A stretch of 63,726 nt of DNA, the filler included, from Diploschistes diacapsis (taxonomy: Eukaryota): NCBI GenBank assembly GCA_023645945.1. It is 16 parts of 16 records of this genome, joined end to end, with 100 filler letters (N's around TTAATTAATTAA, not from the genome) between each part and the next. Parts side by side here need not be neighbours in the genome. Positions count along the whole stretch, not along the records: positions 22,896 to 44,099 come from JALAIB010000314.1; 15 more parts are not named here. The stretch is one strand, 5' to 3'. The position numbers were made by a program, and so were the translations under genes. Under the pieces are notes generated by a model. The model did not search any database, was not told the origin of the DNA, and worked only from the letters and a program-made list of their open reading frames with translations. The stretch's first letter is position 1; each line of letters opens with the position of its first letter. Shown in pieces: positions 23,510 through 36,799 of this stretch.

Positions 23510-25369
23510 TTATCCAAGCTCCTGCAACTCCCTTTCCTTCGCTCTTAGCATCTTTCGTAGATCGTCTGCCTCCTGTTGCAAGCGCGCCTTTCGATCTTCG
23601 CCACGCTCCAAATCCTGCCCATTGGGGAGTTGTCGTGAGATACCTAATTCGGTCTGGTCTGGCGGCCAATCTCCTGAAGTTTGCGCAGATTTTAGCAGGC
23701 CATGTGTCCTAGCGGAGTGGAACAGGGGTTCGCAAGGTTCGGAAGCTGTTTGGATTTGCATAGTTGCCAACGCTAGATTTGGGTCCAGTGGGACGTCATC
23801 GCCGATCCGCAATTCTTGTTGATGTCTTTGATGTTGTGGCGGATTGAGGATAGACGATATAGAGCTCAGGCGGCTCGTGCTTGGTTTTGCATTGGGTAGC
23901 AGTTCGATATGGGTACCCTCCGCCACCGAAAAACTGCGTTTCCGACCGTGCTCTGGGGGTGAGCTCCGACGAGGCGACTTCAATGCCTGTATAGCAAAGG
24001 TTTCTGAGGCGGGGTGGTGAGATTCTGCCCGACTGGGGTTTTGAGCAGCTTCAGGCGAGGCCTGATAGTCCGTAAAGTCAACAGGCATAGGGTCAAATCG
24101 CAAGCGTTCCAGCTGTTCACGGGATTTATGATCATAATTTGGCGAGTCACCAAACATAGGGCTCGGGAAAGGCTCATGTTGTTCTGGTAAAGCACGGGGG
24201 GATATTTCGGGCGACGTTGACATTGCAACCGAATGAGATGATCGCTCGGGAGCTTGCAACTGGTCATGAAGAAACGGCACAACGCGCTTCCGTCTTTTGA
24301 TTATTGATTTCTTCATTTGCACAGGCCTGTGAACACCATGTAGCTTATGATACAACCCTGCCAAGAGTGAGCCAAGTAGGTTAAAGATAATTCAGTACAT
24401 ACCGCACGCATTGCAGATAGTATGGCCGCTCTCATCTCGTCGCCATAGAGGGGTGACTGTGGTGCCGCAGTTGTTGCAAGCTAGCTCGCCTCCAGTAACA
24501 TGGGTCGTACTGCTGTGGTCGGGCGTTGCCGATGCAGCATCTCGCTGAGATGCCATAACATGAGAAGAAGCTACTGCTGCTGCAGAAGGCTTTGACACCT
24601 TAACTGGTGCCGGGTTGACCTGGACCTTCTTCGCCATTCGGTTGTTGTAGGCGGGGCAGCCGTTGCATCCGTCTGCTCCACCAGTTCCATTGCAATGGCC
24701 GCCACCAGGGCAAGAGCCAGATTGATGATTCGAGAACACGGCAGAGATATTCGCAGGCGTGAAGCTGTTCGTGCCAGTCGGAGAGCTTCTGTCAGACTGT
24801 TCGAGGCAGATCGGTTCCAATGGTGGAGCGTCGGGTCCTGGCGATGTTCGTTTAAGTGTGACTGGCCGGGAAGCATTGCGTGCTTTGAGATACAGACCGC
24901 ATGCATTGCATATCGTTGAGCCATTAGTTGCCCTGCGCCAGAGAGGAGTCTTGCTAGTTCCGCAGTTGCTGATAGGCGTAAGCTTTGCTTTCCAGCACCA
25001 CTGAGCTTGGATGTGTACAGTACCTGCATATTTGACCCAAATTAAGCCCTTGCCTTGGCGAAGAATGCTGGGATTCTGCTAAGGTCTCGTCCGTACTCCC
25101 TCTTTCTGCTGCCTCATATGCGTCGTCTTCGATCGATATCCGCGGCTGCGAGCGGCATTCAGGCTGAGCATTTCCAGACGAGCTATTGGCCTCGGATCTT
25201 AGCGAGTCTTCGACCTAGAATTCGTGAGACCTTTTGCGCTTACGGGGAGCTTCTATTCGTTTCTGTACATACTGCAGCTCGCGATAGTTCCTGCATATTC
25301 TAGAATCTCCGCCCGGGTGCCGCTAAGACTATGTTTGCAGATTTGCTCCAGGCAGGCAACCCTTACCAT
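23510..25369 (-). CDS. sreA: Iron-responsive GATA repressor SreA/SRE/Urbs1, multi-exon
   Basis: Two GATA fingers ([14 protein letters not shown]...[20 protein letters not shown]...ICNACG) flank the Cys-rich [24 protein letters not shown] segment; C-terminal coiled coil. The 5' exon structure is inferred (ATG at 25369, alternative 25296). Confidence 0.93.
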
Positions 25370-25493
25370 AGCATAAAATCAGAACAAGTCCGTACAATAG
25401 CGCGCAGGTGCAGGATGTTGATATCGCCTTCTGTATAGCAGATACTGGGTTCACGGGACTGCACCGTCTGTGCGCTGAAGCAAAGAAGCTTGG

Positions 25494-25502
25494 ATCTGAT
25501 AA
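25494..25502 (+). promoter_or_regulatory. SreA-type extended GATA site ATCTGATAA upstream of sreA
   Basis: Exact match to ATCWGATAA ~125 bp upstream of the inferred start; CCAAT at 25513-25517. Confidence 0.45.
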
Positions 25503-26949
25503 AGAGGAGAGCCCAATCTTGCAACGGCTGAACTAACACATCAGGACGGGAACCGTTGAACTGCGATTAATCCGTCAAATAAAAATAGTTCTTGGTAGTC
25601 AGATGAAGTCAAAGTTGACAGACGTTGAGGCAGCCTTTTTCCTTGAAAACCTAGTGGATGAAATAAGACGATCTAGACTGGGAGGAGTATCGAAGTGGCA
25701 ACATAGCTGGCAGGTGCGGCGTAGAGAGCAGTGGATGGAGGCAGGAATGGGAATGGGCTACAGAGCTGCATGCCTGTACTCGACGTATAGCAGGGCTCTT
25801 GAAGTTGAAGCTCAAGGTTCACACTCATCTGCGAGCATGCCTTTGATACTCTGCTGCTGTACCTGCTCGAAGATAGAGAGTTATAGGTTGTTTAGGTTGT
25901 TCACTTTCCGTGTTCTGTGTCAGCAGTTATTAGCTCTCTCCTTATTGGTCAGTGGCAATGTCTCCCTTTACTGATTTCTATAACGCGTCAAATGGACATA
26001 GTACTATAGATATAATGTTATAGATATAAATGTTGTCTCGCGTATATCTATCAGGTTGGTTCAATACTGCCACAATGTAGTAGTATTCTTGGTCTTTTGG
26101 CTATGTGGCTTAGCGGTACTAAACTGGCGCTTTATATCACAATAATATCGAGTGTTCTATTCGCCTCCGGGCGTGGAACACTCCGAGAAAGATGATCAGT
26201 ATACACATATCATGTGACTCTTCCCTAGTCATTCAGAGCCATACCATATTGTACTGTGCGTCGTTAAGCTTTGACCAGGCGCGACTCTGTGACTCGAGTT
26301 CGGCTTCGAAGGAATCTGATACAACATACAGCATTTATATCCCTCCTGGACTTCGCCTACTCGCCGAATTGTATCCGTTTGTTGGCTCGTCAAAGCTTGG
26401 AGCTTCTTGAATCAATCTGCAACTGCACTATCGAGTAACTTCTCGATAATCTGTACCTGGTATCTGCTCGAGAACGTGATGTTCGGCCAAACGTTCGGCG
26501 GCGTGCATGTATCTAAATTGGCCCGTCGGAAGGAAGACGTCAAGAGATAAAAAGTAATCCGGCCAAGGGTGTGCCGTGACCTCTACCGCGGACAATATGC
26601 CCGGAATTTTCCCACTTTCACAAAGGCCTTAGAAGCCGAAGCCAATGAAGTCCCGCCTCAGATCGATCTCGTTGAGAGGCTCTGGCAAATGCTTCGTGAA
26701 CCGATGCGAAGCCCTCGCCCGGAGTAATAATACCCGGCGTTGTAGAAATACCAAAGAGCGAAGCCGAGAGCACATCGGACGGGAGTCGTTTGAGGAGATG
26801 GTCGAGGAACCTCATTCAGCCAAATACTTTAGCAGAAGTAGTTAAGACAGTTTGGTGACCCAAACAGCTCTTGAGCTTTACAGTAGATGCGTGATGTAGC
26901 AAGCCATGTCATGAAAAGGACTCATCTCGTTAGCCTCTTTGACCTCGCT

Positions 26950-28331
26950 TCATTCCTCCTTATTCAGCCACCGATAGACGACAGCGAAGTCTCTGTTACC
27001 CTCGGCCTTCTCTACTTGGTTGTACACGTCCTGCGCGTGCGCCCCTAATGTTATTTTAACATTTGCTTCTTCAGCAGCCGCCATTGCGAGCCTCAAATCT
27101 TTCCTCATCAGGCTGACGCCAAAACCGCCTTCGTAGTCTCTCTCTGCTGGCGCGCCTTTGCTCACTCCTGAAACTGGATTGTTCACTTCGCTACTCCAAC
27201 ACCTGCCAGAACTGGTATTAATTAACTCTGCGAGTGCCTTCGCATCAAGCCCAAGCTTTGTGCCTAGATTCATCGCCTCGCACGTCGCAATATTGCTAAT
27301 AGCGAGCAAGTAGTTGTTGGCCAACTTTCCTGTAATGCCAGCGCCAGGGCCGCCCAGACGGAAAATGCGTTTTCCCATTAGCGACAATACAGCTGTAGCA
27401 CGGTCCATGGCGGATTGAGGCGCACCAAGCATGAAAGTGAGCGTACCTGCGCGAGCACCGACGACGCCACCGGACATCGGAGCATCTATGAAAATATCTT
27501 CCGGGCTAGAGTCACGAACAGAAGCTGCTACAGCAGACGAAGTCATTGGATCAATGGTAGAACAATCGATGTACAGGCGCCCTGCAGAGCTGGCAGATGG
27601 TGGCGGCACTGGAAGGGCTCCATTTAACATACTCTTATAGACTGACTGAACATGAGAAGGCTCTGGGAGAGCCGTGAGAATAGTGTTCTGTGTACAGTCA
27701 GCGGGTGCCAGGCATTGGCCGTCCTCTTCTCCATTCATTTGTGCTTGCAAGCTTTCAGGGCATTGGCTTTGTGCAAAGGTATATATCACAGAGAAGAGCC
27801 CGAAGGGCCCCAACTTAGATCATAGGGTTGATGGGAAAAACACATTCATCAGAATAAGCAAATTGGACATACGCATGCTAACATTTGGAAGCGCATGTAA
27901 TTAAACAAAACTGTACTTACTGATCGCTCTGCAACCTCCCTAGCCGTCTTTGCTACGACAACGCCCTTGTCTCTTGAACTAGATTCGCCATTTTCTTGGT
28001 AGAATTTTTGTGTTGCTTTTGGATTTGCGTCGTACACAATCAAACTATCGTCCGCAGCAAGCCTTGTACGAAGGTTTTTGGCCATTGGGTAACCTTCAGT
28101 AATGTTAGTCGAGCGAGCACACCAAATCACACGTTGTCGTTGATTACGAAGAGGATATCATCAGCTATTTAGTTGTTCACTACACTTACCCATGGCCCCC
28201 AGACCAATGAACCCATATGCATCGTATCTTCCAAGTGAAGTAGAGAAATTCCGACAATCAGCAGCTCTCCGGACTTTCTGAGGGTCAGTTGTACGCAGCT
28301 TCAAACAACGCATAAGTGAAGCAGAGCCCAT
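26950..28331 (-). CDS. 3-hydroxyisobutyrate dehydrogenase (mitochondrial), multi-exon
   Basis: YGFIGLGAMG|YPMAKNL, IDCSTIDP, FIDAPMSGGVVGARAGTLTFM, KLANNYLL, SSGRCWSS, YEGGFG..LMRKDL; Arg/Ser-rich presequence. Confidence 0.92.
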
Positions 28332-29009
28332 ATTGCAGAGAAACCATCCGAATACAACGTCTACTGCTGCTGCCGGATTACTTTGTAACCGACTGAGGGT
28401 GGTGCTTTGATGGAAGTTACTTATGAACTATATGTGGTTTTTTCCTGCATTACAGTAGTTCAATAATTAGTGTATTGCTCGGCTGTCCTCGGCATACTTC
28501 GAAGCTTTTATGTGATTTGTAATTGTCGTCGTTCCAGGCTTTCTGTCTTCGTTTCCACTACCGCAAAGCATCTTGTGGCAAGACACAGTCAAACCAGCCT
28601 CGCAGATCCCTTTATTACTAGCCGAGGAAGAAGGTGAAGGGAGCGAAAGCGTCAAGTTACTTCCATATTGGTTACTCGGTGAGCATCTTTGCTGTTGGCC
28701 ACGGTATCAATATACCACTAGAGCTTAAGAGAATAAAGATAACGATAAGTATCACCGAGATTCTAACCGATTAAGTTTATCTATGTCACTGTCGTTCGTG
28801 CTGTAACAAGGCCACGTGATGGTTATCGGTGGGGTTTGGGAGCATCTGTTGCTGTCCTTATCCTGGTATATTAAGTATCAACGCCTGGCACACGAACCGC
28901 TGCCAGTCACCATTGAAGGGGTATTTGAAAAAATTAGGAAAATTCAGTCTGAAGTCCTGAAACAAACTTATCCCCACAGTCTCTTGATCATTCATCAACC
29001 AAAGAGACT

Positions 29010-30511
29010 CTACCCGCCCAGGACATAGGGAATGAGCGCGCTGTGACTCGTTAGAATGTACAAATAGTAGATGTGCTTTCAGAGAAAACTAACCCTATTG
29101 CCAAACTTGCAGCTACGCCCATCAGAGCCCGATTCCGCACCTTCTGCTTCTTTACCTCTTGTTCCATGAGCTTTGTCTTCTTTGCTGGTGGGATTTCGAT
29201 TCTAGCGGCTGCAGCATCATCACCTTCTTCTTCTTCTTCTTCTTCTTCTTCTTCTTCATCTTCTTCTTCATCCAACACCTTTGCCTTTCGCTTCAAAGAT
29301 GGCTTCGATGATTCTCCTTCTAGCTTCCTCGCCTCTTCGACCATCTCCTTGGCCTTCGCCACCATCTCTTCGGTAGTCCTTGGTAGGAGAAGTTCAGGAC
29401 TGCCCGGGGGCATCTTGACAGAGACGGTAGTATGTGTGGTCTCAGTGTCGCCATCTACCTCTACTGCTGATTGTACCTTCACTGTGACCTTGTCTTCTTC
29501 AACATCGTCCGCCTTGACGTTCCTCCTTGTAGACTTCTTCTCATTTGGAGCTAGGGTTTCACCATTGATGGACGGTGCATCCACGGACTCGGAATCTGCT
29601 ACTGAAGCGGCATCCAGAGCAGCTTGCAGGCTTTCGCTAGCTTGCCGGGCAGTGGTCGCATTTGCCTCTTTCGCGGCCTTTGTCATGCGCTTCCTAGGTG
29701 AATTCAACTTCTCTTTCTTACCTGGCGAAGAGGCTCTTGGTCGCCCTCTTCCACGGGTAGGTGTGGACGAGGGAGGGGGGAGGAATGTCTTCTCGTTGGC
29801 GGTGAATTTGTATTTCGGTGGAGGAGAAATCGCTTTCTTCTCGTCCGCCTGAATTGTAGCTGGATCAAGGAGGGCAACGATCCAAGGTACAATCGCATAA
29901 TCTCGAGCCAACTCAAGAGCTTTGGAACGTCAGCCTCTATTCGCAATTCCAAGTAGTCTTGGCGTACCAGCGGATTCAGTGATCCAGACGTTGCCGGCGA
30001 CTTCAGCATGTGCTGTCGTGGGCAGTGCTTTGATGAATTCGCGTTCGATTCTTTCCTCTTCTGCCTTTGCCCACGGATAAGTAGCCTTAAACATTCCCGT
30101 GGCACTAACGAGCCCGTCGCTACTTCTCCTCTGTTGAGTCATCGCCGTTAGTCTCTCGAGTCGTCGACCCAGTGCCGAGCGCGCTATCGAACGTACCATA
30201 AGGAAGTAGGCTTCAGGATGCGGAGTGCTGAAAATTTCCGAGCCTTCCAGATTATCGGGTAAGGGAACTTTAAGGTGCGCGTATTCGAAACTTCCCAGAT
30301 TTTCCGGCTTAGTGGCATTGGACGTTCCAACTTGACCCAGCCTGGCCAGAAGAGTGGTCTGGCCTAATCTTCGCCGTTGTGTAAGTTCGGTATCTGTAGC
30401 CAAGATTAGTGTAATCGCAAAGGGACTACAAGAGTGGGACGCACGCTCCGGAGTCCGCTCAGCGTCGAAGATGGGGTTGCGCTTTTCTGGAAGTGCTCTT
30501 TCTGGAGCCAT
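29010..30511 (-). CDS. APSES/KilA-N domain nuclear-envelope protein (Bqt4-like), multi-exon
   Basis: RRRLGQT, FEYAHLKVPLP, YFLM|RRSSDGLVSATGMFKATYPWA, AGNVWI, ALELA.DY.I.PWI.ALLD; C-terminal TM NRALMGVAASLAIG|ALIPYVLGG*. Confidence 0.85.
29225..29270. repeat. (TTC)n microsatellite encoding poly-Glu in the Bqt4-like gene
   Basis: A (TTC)n run that reads as an acidic DEEEDEEEEEEE... tract on the minus strand. Confidence 0.9.
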
Positions 30512-31507
30512 GGTGCCTGCGAGAACCTAGTACGCAAAAGAGATCGTGATATCGGGCTGTCGCAGACCGCCAACTGTTCGCGCTAGAAAGCCTATTGCGC
30601 GAAGAGTAATGGAGGGTCCTATGGTCGCAATACCAGTCGATGTCGCTAATAGAGAAAATTGATCGACGCAAAAGGTCGATGATGACGTGACAATGGGATA
30701 GCTAGTGACTAAGAGGTGAAGGTAGGTAGATTACAGAGTAGAGAAAAGATGCGCTGATCAATAATGATCGTGAGAAAAGAAACGGGGCTGACCCCTGGGC
30801 TGGTGGTAGAGGCAAGTTAAAGCTTTTTTGGGGTGATTTTGGGGGGTGGTCTGGGGGAGGCTGGGGGATTCTGTACCCCCCAAAGCACAGTTTGAATGTT
30901 AGCACACTGCGATTTATTCCTGCCTTGATCTACGCAAGCGTGAGGGGAGCGTGAGGGGAGCGTGCTAAGAACTGGATCGCACTCGAGGTTGCGCACGTAA
31001 GTGCTCCGGAATGATCCGAGTCGGATTTAACTCGGAACTGCAAACGGCACCTTCCGGGTGGACTTCTGAAGCTCCATCTCTCATAACCCTTCAAGGTATC
31101 TATATCGTGCAAAATAAAGATCATCAGTCTCCAAAGAACTCTGCAAGGGAACTCACCTTTCCCTACTAGTTTTGCTCAGGATATTGATAGTGAATTGTGT
31201 CACTTCTTCGGTTATTGAATGCAATTAGACCTAACTCTATAGACCCAGAGTCTTCTTTCTCTTACCTTTGAGAACGGAACTAATAGTAGGTATCTCCAAA
31301 GTTCTCTCAAAAGTTTGAGCTTAAGCGAGCCTTTCGAAGCCTGCAAAAACGTGGGAAACCCCACCTGTCAGCTAATAATAGACCCTCCTCATAACGAAAA
31401 GTTGTGGGCTAGACTTCAACGCATCTACCGCATTTCAGAGGTAGACTAAAGAGCGAAGACATCGATTGCTTTGTTCTGAAAGAGGCAAGCATTAATAATA
31501 GCACAAA

Positions 31508-32562
31508 ATGTCTGGCCACGACGAAGATCTAGTTGCCACCAGAACTGAAGGATACAAAGCTGGAGAAAAGAAAAGTTTGGCCGAATATCAGCAGCTTGGT
31601 AGGTTCATTTGGTTTGATAGCTTAACCTTAGAGCAACACATTGTCCTTGGCTACACTTGACTCTCCATGGACATGAATGACATGGCATGTCACATGCCCA
31701 CTTCACGCGAGTGTTCGTTTGGGCTCCCTGACAGGAGCGCGATATCAGAATGAGCGCAGTTTCCCCCAACCCTCAAGAGCTTTGGACAGAGAACAGATAC
31801 AGGAATCTGCTTGTGTATAGACGTTCGCTGTTGCTCTTTTCTTTAACTTCCTGTGTCCACCGCAATGGCCTCATGCCGCACCTTCAACCGTATCCTAACC
31901 CGCTTGCTACAGATCAAAATGATGAATCTCTCAATCGCTGGAAAGCTTCGCTCGGCCTCTCTACCGGCAAGGCTCTCGCCGTAGACCCGACAGACAAGCG
32001 TCGTTGTGTCATCACGTCACTTGCTCTCGAGGTTCCGGGCCGCTCAGACTTCGTGATCGATCTGACTGCGCCGGGTGCTCTGGAAGGGCTCAAGTCGAAG
32101 CCCTTCACGATCAAGGAGGGCGCCAAGTTCCGCATGAAGGCGAACTTTCGTGTACAGCACGAGGTATTATCCGGCTTAAAATATCTTCAAGTTGTCAAAA
32201 GGAAGGGCATCAGGGTAAGCAAGGATCAAGAGATGCTGGTAAGCAATCCCGGTGTTGGCAAAGACCCCAGATGTACCAAAAAAATACAGCGGAGCCATAG
32301 CACTACCAAACAAAGACTCTTAACAATGCCTAGGGTAGCTACGCTCCCAACACCGAGGACAACCCTACCCATGAGAAGAAATGTGAGCACATCCTCTTGA
32401 TAATGAAGCGCTCGTGCTGATATGTAAATAGTTAGCGAAGATGAGGCGCCCTCCGGCATGATGGCGCGTGGTCACTACGACGCAGTCTCAAAGTTTGTCG
32501 ACGATGATGATCATTCACATCTGCAGTTTGACTGGTCCTTTGATATTAAGAAGGACTGGTAG
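31508..32562 (+). CDS. RDI1: Rho GDP-dissociation inhibitor, multi-exon
   Basis: MSGHDEDL...EGYKAGEKKSLAEYQQL|DQNDESLNRWKASLGL...PFTIKEG...VLSGLKYLQVVKRKGI...GSYAPN...EAPSGMMARGHY...FVDDD...FDWSFDIKKDW*. Confidence 0.95.
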
Positions 32563-32896
32563 TAGCAGCTCATAAGGTTTCACCAAGGATGAGTGGGGTT
32601 GGAGATTCAGGTTCGAAAAAGATCATGAGCTGCCTTTAGACGTCAAAGGGACGAGTATGCTTTCATCCAGACGATGAAAGCTAACAGCGTTAATTGCATG
32701 GTATCGGCCATTTTTGCATTAGGGAACAGCATATTGCGATGAATCAATAAACTCATGAATCGGGACTGTATCACAGGCCATATCAACAAGGTTTATGACG
32801 ATTATGTACAGCCAAAGATGTCTCTAGTGAACTTGCTTGCCCATACAAGACCACCTTTCCGTGGCAACAAGCATGTTGAAAGCGTGGCAGGTCATC

Positions 32897-33973
32897 TCAG
32901 AGAAAGTATTCCACTACCACGCCCTGCCCGTCTTTTCCTTGATTCGGCTGCTGTTGTTGCTCGCCTCTATGGAGGTCGTTCTCTGGTGCAGCTTCGAAGA
33001 CGTTGAAAAACCGCTCCCCAGTATCGCTAACTTCCAAAACACTAGCCATGTTACCGCACCTATAGCAGTAATTCGGAGCGCTCCACACTGTGCTCAGTCG
33101 GTCTTCGTACAATACTTGATATCCTTCCTGACAAAGCTGATGAGCTCTTAGAATGTGGAACATGGAGTTGACCTCCAAAAATTTCTTTACAACCTGTGCT
33201 CCAAAGGTGTAGCCCGCCCCTCTGGGACTCATTGCAAACTCGTCCCGTTCTGGATCTGGATCCGACCACACCAAGTCTGCCATTGGCCCCTCGTGTGGTA
33301 TCTCCCGGAATCGATCAATGATCTTGATTTGGTCTATTGAATGTATCGAGGGTGAGAGACCTCCATGTACGCAGAATATCTGGTTATTGATCACAACGCT
33401 GAGGGTGAGGAAGTCGAACATGTCCGTGAAATAATGCCACACGTTTGCCGTGCCGTACTTTCTTGAGCACTCGGTGTAGAAGCCATAGGACTGTGTGACG
33501 CCGCGGGATTCGTGGTTGCCTCTAATAAGATAGACTCGATGTGGATATCGCAGCTTGAGACAGACAAGGAGCGAAATGGTTTCCACGCTGAAAAGGCCAC
33601 GGTCGACGTAGTCACCTGTACCGAGCATTAGTAGCGGCCATGCGTTGCACCTCGAATGAGATTATCGCTCACCAAGAAAGAGATAGTTCGTGTCTGGGCA
33701 GAATCCTCCGATTTTAAAGATCTCTATCATATCGAAGAACTGCCCGTGTATGTCTCCCACAACAGTGACTGGAGCAGCAATGTGCACAACGTTGCTCTCC
33801 TTCATCAGCAACTCTTTGGCTTTGGCGCATATTGCCTCCACGACCGATTCCGCAAGTAGTTCCTTTTTGTATAGCCTTTCTATGCATTCATCGAGATCTA
33901 CGCTTGCTACCCAGAGACATTAGTATGTTTGCTGTGAAGCTCATGATTCACGCGTACCCGGAAGTCCAGGCAT
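32897..33973 (-). CDS. PPG1: PP2A-like Ser/Thr phosphatase catalytic subunit, Ppg1 type
   Basis: [49 protein letters not shown]-terminal [17 protein letters not shown] and the N-terminus favour Ppg1 over Sit4/Pph3. Confidence 0.88.
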
Positions 33974-34621
33974 AGCGCAAGAGCCTAAAAAAGGCTTCTC
34001 CTCCGATCTGACTGTCTATGTGGAATGGAGTGTCTGCGGAACCTCATACGCGTAAGAGATAACCTTTTGGTCATGGTGACTGCCTATTTGCACTGTGCAT
34101 GCTTGAGTGCGATAAAAAAAAGCTTAAGAAGCCAGTCACTGAAAAATGCCTTTTCATGCTGGTTATCTAAAGAGTGGTGGCTCAAGCGCAAAGCATGTCT
34201 GAGAAAGCTTGGAGTTTGAAGTTACTGAGGTCGGAGCGGTATCTTTGATTTTCCGACCCGTATGCCTCAAATTTTCTGAACCGTGAATCCGCTGCACTTG
34301 CATCTTCGTTGCTCTGTAGTACGCCGACAACTTGAAAGCTTCCAAAGATGAGTAGATACCTTTCCCAACTTCATCAACCAATAGGTCGTCCGTCTGTCCA
34401 AGAGTCTCGAACGTATCTTTGAACAAATGTGAGCTCTTCTTCATGCACCTCAAATTTAGTGGACGATTGTAAACATTGTCTTATTTAAACACAATGGCCT
34501 TCTACTCCTGTTTTATTTCTGAGTTCTTATGCAATGCGTTAAAGTCTTTATAAGGCCTTTTAGCTCTTAACATAGTCCAAGTCTCCCAGTCCTGAGCAGT
34601 ATCACAGTGGTATCGCTCAGG

Positions 34622-35752
34622 ATGTCAGGATCCTGGTCACAGTACCCAAACTATGGGGCCTATCAAGCTCAAGCAGGCTATCCTGCCCAAGGGACCTATC
34701 CAAGCCAAGAACCATATCCGCCTCAGGAAACCTATACAGCTCAAGGTGGGTATATAGCTCAAGCAGGATATTCGCCGCACGCAGTGGATTATTACGGCGG
34801 TGGTGGTCACGTTCCTCAAGGACCGTACCCACCACAACAGCACGCTCAACCATTTTACGGCCAGCAGCATTATGGAGCAGTACAACCAATCTATGGGCAC
34901 ACCCAATTCCAGGGCTACCAGCAGCCTCCATATCCCCAGCAGGTACCCGCATTGCCTACCTTTCAACAAGCTCCTCAAAACCAGCTTTCGCAGCCACAAC
35001 ATGCGATTCAGTACCCCCAAGGGCCTCTGCAACCTATTCAGCAGCACTCAGCCAAAGGTAGACTTACAAAGCCATACACAAGTCCTTGTTACAACTGCGG
35101 CCTGATGGGACATTATGCACAAGAATGTCCCGAACCTAGGAGAACAACACCGCAGTAAGGCAGCACTTCACGGCAGCTCAATTTCACATGCTAACTCGTC
35201 AGTGGGAGAGCAGCGGAGAATGGATCTCAAAGAGGATACAGACCTAAGCAAGCTTCTAGAATGGAGGTTACTTATTATGGCCCGCCGCCAAACCAGGCAG
35301 CGCAGCACTATGGTCTTCCGCCACATCACGCCAATCATAGTCCAATTGACCCTCTTCCTCCATACTCTGACCAAGACCTAAGTGGTCCGTATCCTCAGCA
35401 CAAGCATACTGGGCCATACCATCAAGGGCAGTGGCAAAGCTCCTACCCACAAGTCCCAAACACTCAAGGCCATGTGTTGAATGCACTTACAGGACCTACC
35501 CAGCTATCACGTGAACCGCCAACCTCGAGGGGCTCGTTTTCGCATTCTTCTAAGTCACAGGCTAGCTCTACAACTGCGCAAAATTCGAAAAATCAATTTG
35601 TGCAATCTTCACATGTGCCAGCATCGGCCGGCTCTGTTGCTCACGTCAAGCAAGAATATCTTCCTTCTTCACATGTACGTCCGAGCTCTGTTGCTTCTAG
35701 CCGTAAGGCATCCACAGATCAGTCCGTATCGATGAGAACTGTGTCTGAAGCA

Positions 35753-35783
<31 letters not shown>

Positions 35784-36799
35784 TTCTGCGACTCTTAGAT
35801 TTACCCGATCTTCCAATTTCGACTGGTAACTAGCTCGCCCAACCCTGCGGCTACACGAGCTAACAAGTATTAGACTACTCCAAACCACGGCTTGTTGAGA
35901 AACCGGTAAGAGCTGTAGACGCCTCGGGCTCAGACCTGGGAAGCCCTGTCCATGAGGTCCCTGCCGAAGGGAAGGCTTTCATCATCTCCAAGTACTTTGA
36001 AACGTCGACTGTCGATCATCTACTCGTCAACGTATTTTATACCGCAGAGTTTATAGAACGAAAGTCGGACCCAATATTTGAGGTATTAATTTCTAATCGT
36101 ATTGATATCAAAGCCAAAGCTAATCTATTTTAGATGATTCGAACGGAGAGTATCGGAGCATCTGCCCAAAAGCCTAATGGTTCACAATCTAGTGAATCTG
36201 AAAAACCGCTTAATGCCGCATGTACGCGGACAAACACCCCACATGACACTAATCCTTCACCAGAGGATGCTGGGAATGAAACCCCATTATATAGACAGGA
36301 TCACGGCACTAGCCCTCGAATAAGAGATGCTCTTGACCCAGATGTAGATGACTGCTACCAGGACGACTCGAAAATGGTCCGCTACCCCTTTCAACAACGT
36401 GGTCAGTTACCAGGCCTAGGAGCCGTGCCACAACCTCCACCTCCACCACCTCCCTCCAATAGGAAAGCGTCTTTACCAACTAATGGCATTGGCTCACGTC
36501 TCTCTCCGGGTCAGATGGGAGCGCGGAACTCAGGCTATTGTCCAAACGGTAGAGGTCGGAATACTTCAAGCAATGGACGACAGGTTTCGCCAGGTGCCTA
36601 TTCTTCGAATCGGAAAAGAAGATTGGAAGCAACAGATTTCATGGAATCACCAGAGCATGAACGCAAACGTCAGGACGATGACTACATACCCAAGCACAAG
36701 AGGAATCAGCCAAAAGTTGCTGAAGCATACAGGTATTTCTATTCTGCTCTCCATATACAATTGTCTCCTAATACTCTATGTCTCAGTCGTCGCTGGTAA
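34622..36799 (+). CDS. Q/P/Y-rich protein with a CCHC zinc knuckle, multi-exon
   Basis: Low-complexity N-terminus, CYNCGLMGHYAQECPEP, acidic run, and spliced C-terminus KRQDD..PK.KR.QPKVAEAY|SRRW*. Confidence 0.8.

Noticed and set aside
29073..29852. 259-aa Ser-rich plus-strand ORF
   Set aside because: Antisense shadow of the Glu/Lys-rich Bqt4-like exon.
30938..30964. GCGTGAGGGGA tandem repeat in the Bqt4-like/RDI1 divergent promoter
   Set aside because: Only ~2.5 units; function cannot be supported from sequence alone.
31599..31911. Long first intron of RDI1 (and of YAF9, ~15545-15754) as a snoRNA host or stwintron
   Set aside because: Only a degenerate C-box-like ATGAATGA and CTGA, with no terminal stem or recognisable rRNA guide; nested splice sites do not restore a frame.
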